Of a stretch of DNA of 64,000 nt, positions 58,447-64,000 are shown piece by piece. Each line of letters starts with the position of its first letter. Positions within the stretch are counted from its first letter, which is position 1. Source of the DNA: Amoebidium appalachense (Eukaryota; Protista; Ichthyosporea); NCBI GenBank assembly GCA_963693365.1, contig CAVNZM010000011.1, positions 7,335,921-7,399,920 on the forward strand, read 5' to 3'. The notes under the pieces are model-generated. The model was not told the origin of the DNA, did not search any database, and was given only the letters and a program-made list of their open reading frames with translations. Both the position numbers and the translations under genes were made by a program.

Positions 58447-59957
58447 TGGTTTTGGGGTGGAGTGTCCGCGCGGGGTGAGGGGGGGGAGGGGGTGAGGGGA
58501 GGAGGGAGGAAAGAAGGGGGAAAAGAAGGATAAAACAAAAGAAGAGGGGGGGAGCGGGGGGGGGCCCTCCAGGTAGGGGGGGGGGGGGTACTAACTTAGC
58601 TACTAAGACCCTACGAAGGAGAGGGTGGGGAGGGGAGACGGAGGGACCCCAGGAAAAAAGAGAGTCCAGGACACCGATATAAGTGGTTGAGGAGTACCCC
58701 ACGTAACGCGACGAAGAAAAATAGTAGCGAGGAGAAGACCACCGCAGCGGAAGAATGAAAGGTAGGAAAAGTGTCCACCAACCAGGGCCGAGGAGATAGC
58801 AGCCAGGTAGTGACCGCCACCCAAAGCAGCCCGCCAGGGTTACCTATTGAAAAGGTAAAATAGAGGAGGCGGACCAAACAAAACCCTATAACCAAACGAT
58901 TGTACGCCAAGGGAAGGCAACCCAAAGTAGCATAAAATGGCATAGTCTTGCCACGTTGGACAATACAATGACACAAAATACCTACATTTATATTCATAAA
59001 ACATCCCGCAAGCAATAGTATAATACCGAATAAATACATTGACAATATCGAAATTGTATTGTTAATAGGCACACGTACACGTTTTGAGATATTGCCAGTA
59101 CATACTCAACGGTATATAGTTATTGTGGTAGACCCGGATGGTATGACAATAATATCAAAATATGTTGCCGATATTACGTCAATATTACAGTTCTATTACA
59201 CTCTATAGCGTCTCTACCACAGAAAATCTCTACTCGCAATACATTGGCAATGGATAATTGATATTACTTCAGTATTAATCTGGTATTTTTACGAATTGGC
59301 AATAGATAATAGCCTCACAATATTGGCAATACCGCCGGGAAGTTTGCTGATGCACACCCACATACACAACACACACACACACACGCGCGCGCGCCCGTGT
59401 GCCCATATATGCACATGTGTGTGTGCGTCACGTGCATTCGTGCGTGCCTGATGTGTGCGGTGTGTGAGTGTGGTAGGTGTGGTAGGTGTGCTGTGCTGTG
59501 AATGTGATTGTGGGGCAAACCAGCGAACCAGGTGGCGGTCAGGGAGGGGTGGGACGGGAGGAGGAGACGAGTGGGGAGGGGGGGGGGGGGGGGGGGGGGA
59601 AGGGGGGAGGTGGAAAGGAGAAGGAGAGAGCGATGAGGCGACGGGATAAAAGATGAGAAAATGTAGGGACCCACTTTTTTTTTGTGTGTGTGTTGTGTGC
59701 CAGGGTATATGTATTGTGTCGTGATACCCCACCCCCCCCCTCATCACACCGCCCCCCGAGTCCCTCGTCCCCCTACCCTCAGGCTCCCCTCACCCGCCCC
59801 CCACCCCCCCGCCCCAGGAGAGAGGGCAGCCCCAAGGAAGAACTGCCGGCGCACCGAGACGAGGAGAGAACAAAAAAAGAGAAGGCCCCAAAACGACCCC
59901 CCACGACAGAAGGGCAGGGAGGGGAAACAGCCCAGGCGCACGACCCGAAGCGCGACG

Positions 59958-59997
<40 letters not shown>

Positions 59998-60199
59998 AGC
60001 ACGGACGCCCGCCGAGGGGAGGAACGAAAAGCACAGCGGCCCCCCCACAGGGCAGCCGCCGAGGCTGCCCACCCCGCCCTCGGCCGCCCGCCCGCCCGCC
60101 CGAGCCCTCCCCCCCAGTGAGAGGCAGCAATTCGATAACTACGATGAATATCAAAGACCGAGTGGAAGATTATTAAAAAACCAAATATAACTGATTGGA

Positions 60200-63100
60200 A
60201 GATCCGGAGACGCGGGAACACACACCATAGGTCACAGCTATAAGAAAGAAAAGAGGTGAAGAGTAACGAGGAAAGAGGTGGTGTTTCTAACCTATCATCG
60301 GCTACAAAGACTCAGACATTTTCTGACTAAGTCCACTGATTGGATATAGTACGGCAACACACAAAACAAAAGTGGTTGACTAAGCTATGAATCATACCTG
60401 ACAAGCTAAAGTGTAACCTAAGTGTTTTTCTACCAATCAAAACATAACGAGTAATATAAATCTACTCAACGTATATTAGTGAGAGAGAAATATAATTAAA
60501 TGAAAGGAAACAAGGAGAAGAAAGAAAGAGAAAAGAAAAGACGAAGAAAGAGGAAAAAGAAAAGAAAGCAGGACAGAAAACACGAACAGCAAAACACAGT
60601 TATAACCGAAGATATTCATGTACACATAACATGTACACGTGTCTCCCTCACTGGGTAGACTCGTGTACCTATAATCAGTTGCTGTAATCGATATCTAAAC
60701 ACACGAATATAGCCGACACAACACGATTACAAGTACTCAAATACACTGGAGATCGATGTCATAATTTACGTACAAGGAGCACATCTTTTTCATTAAGTAA
60801 ATGAATGAAAACATAACACGAACTGAGAAGATCTTACAATATGTAAATACTACGTATTATAACATCCCCACTTAAGACTTTGAAGTTTGTGTTATCATAT
60901 CCCCACTGAACTAGTGAAATCTCCCCACTTGAGAACAGAAACGGAAAAAAAAAAAATTAAAGTGTGTACTTTTCCCGGGGGGGGGGGGGGGGGGGGGGAG
61001 AGAGGGGGGGGGGGGGGGGGGAGGGGGGGGGGGGGGGAAGGGGGGGGGGGAGGGGGGGGGGGGGGGGGGGGAGGGGGGGGGAAGGAACCGGGGCAAAAAC
61101 AACGAATATATAGAACGTGTATAGGCGGTGTTTGATTAACTGGGTTTTAAACCAGTGAAAGATAGAGTAGAGTGATGGTACGGGTCAAACCTTATATATA
61201 AACCCTAAGTGGGCATACCCACAAAGGCAATACATATGATATAATGATGTTGATAAAGTAAGTAGTACACATGAGAAAATCACTCTTGAAGTAGGTCGGG
61301 TCAATCCACAATATCCGGTAAACAAAGTCGAGCACGATGGTGGACATGACTCGGGCCGGGGAGGGGTTTGGTGAGTATGTCAGCTAAGTTGTGGGCTGAC
61401 TCAACGTAGTGGACAACCACGTCCCCACTGGCAATGTAGTCCTTGGTGTTGTGATACCGGACGGCAATGTGTTTGGTACGGTGCTTGATGCCGGTGGAGT
61501 TGACGATGGCAATGGTCGACTGGTTGTCACAGTACACCGGAGTCGGAGCAAGCATGGGACAGCCGAGTTCCTTGAAGAGGTCACGGACCCAAGCAACTTC
61601 TTGGGTGCCAGCATTGAGAGCAATCAGCTCAGCTTCAGTGGTGCTGGTGGCCGTGATGGGCTGGAGCTTGGAGTACCAGATGACGGGCATACCAGCAAAC
61701 ACGATAATGTAGCCGGTGGTAGACTTCTTGCTGTCGGCACAACCAGCAAAGTCAGCATCCGTGTAGCATTCGAGTATGGGGGACTGGGTGGCCGAGTACT
61801 TGTAGTCAATGCCAAGGTCAATGGTGCCGAGCAGGTACCGGGCCACACGACGGAGAAGGTCCCAGTGAGTCTTGCCGGGGTTGGTGCTGAACCGACCAAG
61901 GAAGCCGATGGCGTAGGCAATGTCGGGACGTGTGCACCGTGCCACCCAGAGGAGACGGCCGAGTAACTCACGGTAGGGCACGGTGAACGGTTGGGGGGGG
62001 CAATCAGCCAGGGAGACGGTGGTGCCTGCAGGGATGGGGGTAGACTTGGACTTGGCATCGGTGAGGTTGAAGTCGTGGATGATATCCATGATGTAAGACC
62101 TCTGGTGCATGTGGAGGTGATGGGGATCAGAGTGATTAAAATCAACACCGAGCATACGGTCAAATGGACTCATACGACAGCTGGCCATCTTGCTGATGTG
62201 GGCAGCCAGGTCACTGGCAGCAGTAGAACCCCGGGTGTTGGTGATGGTGGAGTCATCGACGTAGTTACCAGCCCGTACCACATCGTTGTTGGGGAAGAAC
62301 CGGAGGTAGATGCACGGGTCGGTCTTAGTACGGGTCAGGCCATGGGCAAGAAGAATGCCGTCGAGGAAGTCGTACCAAGCCTTGGAGGCTTGCTTGAGGC
62401 CGTACAGGGCTTTCTTGAGTCTCCAGACCTTGCCAAGTGTGGCCATGGTGATGAATCCCGGGGGTTGTTTCATGTAGATGGTCTCGGTGAGTGGGCTGTT
62501 GAGAAAGGCCGTAGACACGTCGAGTTGATGTATGTCATGACCTTCAACAACGGCCAGAGCTAGGATGGCACGGAGAGCAGCCGGACGGATGACAGGGCTC
62601 TCAATCAACTCATAGTCAACACCGTATTGCTGACTGAAGCCTTGAGCAACACCACGTGCCTTGATCTTGGTGTCACCAGCCGAGTTGAGAGTTTTCTCGG
62701 AGACAATCCACTTGAAGCCGACGATGTTAGCACCAGGGGGAGGGTCAACAAGTTCAAAGATGTCTTTGTCGACGAAGGCTTGATACTCAGCAGTCAGGGC
62801 TGACTTGACCTGATCACCATTGGGTCCGGAACAGAGTTGACGGACAAGTTTGGGTAGTTGGTCGATGTTGATGGGGGGACCGGGGGGGACTGGCAGGGTG
62901 GTGGTGGCTTGAAGTCCAACCTTGCCCTGGAGACGGGCAGAACGACGGGGTGCAGGAACCGGGGTAGGTGGAGACGGTGGGGGGGGAACTTGGAAGTTCG
63001 GAAGTGCAGGGGGGGCAACCTCCGGGCTGGACGGGGCCGAGTGGAAGTTGTCGGGGGAGCCGGGTCGGATGGGTGTGACGTTGCCAGGGGCAGGATGAGG

Positions 63101-64000
63101 GTCGGCAGGCTGGACGGGCACGGGGGCAGGGGGGCCGGTGGGGGGGGGGGTGTCGGGGGAACGACGATGGCAGGAGGGGGGCCAGAGTACACCAGACAAA
63201 CATCATCTTCAGTGTCAACTGTGGGGGGTGGGGTGGTCGAGGTAGCAGTGGTGTCGGGGGTCGGAAGGGTTGATGGAATGTCGGACGGGAGATAAGCTGA
63301 TTCGTCGAAAATCACATCACGGAAGAGGCCGACACGATGGGTGGTGGCATTGAAGATCCGGTGGCAGTGTGATTGAAGATCATAGCCGATATACATGCCG
63401 AGTTTGACGGTGGGGGCCAGCTTGTTCCGTTTAGAGGCTGGCACGTGAGTGTAGGCAGGGCAACCGAACACCTTGAGCTCGGAGATGTCGGGCTTGACAC
63501 CGTAGAAAACCTCGAATGGTGTACGACCATTGGCAGTCGTGGACGGGGTGACGTTGATGATGTAGGCGGCATGTTGGAGGGCCTCAGCCCACAGTTTGGG
63601 AGACAGAGACTGATCTTGGACTTGATGGAGGAGGCAACGGACAATCTCTTGGAGGAACCGCATACGTCGTTCAACATAGCCGTTCAGTTGAGGGCAGTCC
63701 ACCGGAGCATAGCTGGCCTTGATGCCCTGGGAGAGGCAAAAAGCACGGGTATCCTTGGAGGTGAACTCAGAGCCGGAGTCGAAGTGGTAAACACCAACTT
63801 TGGAGGGGGCATGGGTGGCAACGAGGTTGGTGTGAGCTGTGAGAATATCCAGGGTGGTGGTACGGTCGGCCATCGGGTAGATCTTGACGAGGCCAGAGGC
63901 ACGGCAGACAGTGACGAGAGCAACCTTGGAACCTCCGTACGATGTTGTGGTAGGCTCAAAAAAATCCCAATGCCATTCATGACCGGGGATGTTGGAGTGA
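60200..64000 (-). mobile_element. Ty1/Copia LTR retrotransposon, 3' portion (integrase-RT-RNaseH, PPT, 3' LTR 60864-~60200)
   Basis: Integrase lies upstream of RT. PPT-like AAGTGGGGA immediately precedes TGTTA at 60864 on the minus strand. The LTR matches the solo LTR at 43837-44781. Confidence 0.95.
61301..63873 (-). CDS. Copia pol (integrase core, RT, RNase H; frameshift near 63180)
   Basis: DSGSEF, PQLNGYVERRMR, LWAEA, LKVFGCPAY; KARGVAQGFSQQYGVDY, QLDVSTAFLN, LKKALYGLKQAS, YVDD; YTDADFAG, STTEAE, YCDNQS, RTKHI, ADILTKPL. Confidence 0.95.

Larger units (their letters stand above)
52454..59352. mobile_element. Non-autonomous EnSpm/CACTA(CMC)-like TIR element hosting the YR retroelement
   Basis: 30-bp TIRs CATCAGCAAACTTCCCGG(AA/CG)GTATTGCCAA at 52454-52483 and 59323-59352 (2 mismatches). 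Flanked by CA on both sides (2-bp TSD-like). Many subterminal TATTGC/GCAATA motifs. No transposase seen; the superfamily is inferred. Confidence 0.75.

Noticed and set aside
61409-63295. Plus-strand ORFs over the Copia pol
   Set aside because: Antisense shadows of a GC-rich coding strand.

Overview
Eukaryotic, intron-rich and repeat-dense DNA, full of (CA/GT)n, (CT/GA)n and poly-C/G tracts. Most ORF-track entries are microsatellite artefacts. An opisthokont, possibly unicellular holozoan, origin is my inference only. Host genes rebuilt by hand from GT-AG exons: (1) a trypsin-family (S1A) serine protease with 12 phase-consistent exons and a PPC-like C-terminal beta-domain (+, 6611-13122); (2) KGD4/MRPS36 (-, 25872-27695); (3) the C-terminal half of a PIG3/TP53I3-type quinone oxidoreductase (-, 29940-35709); (4) weaker fragments of an unknown gene, a coiled-coil gene and a kinase-like pseudogene. 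The right half is a transposon cluster. It holds an intronic non-LTR retrotransposon ending in (CA)n, a young chromodomain Gypsy, two solo LTRs with 5-bp TSDs and a decayed Gypsy integrase. It also holds a tyrosine-recombinase (Ngaro/PAT-type, split direct repeat) element nested inside an EnSpm/CACTA-like TIR element, and a Copia element running off the window end. I found no unambiguous new system. Best leads: polarised (GT)n versus (CA)n/poly-C intron ends with atypical acceptors, recurrent in-frame TGA in otherwise clean exons, the trypsin-PPC fusion, and an intronic perfect 21-bp hairpin. Several signs point to long-read homopolymer errors and local misassembly.
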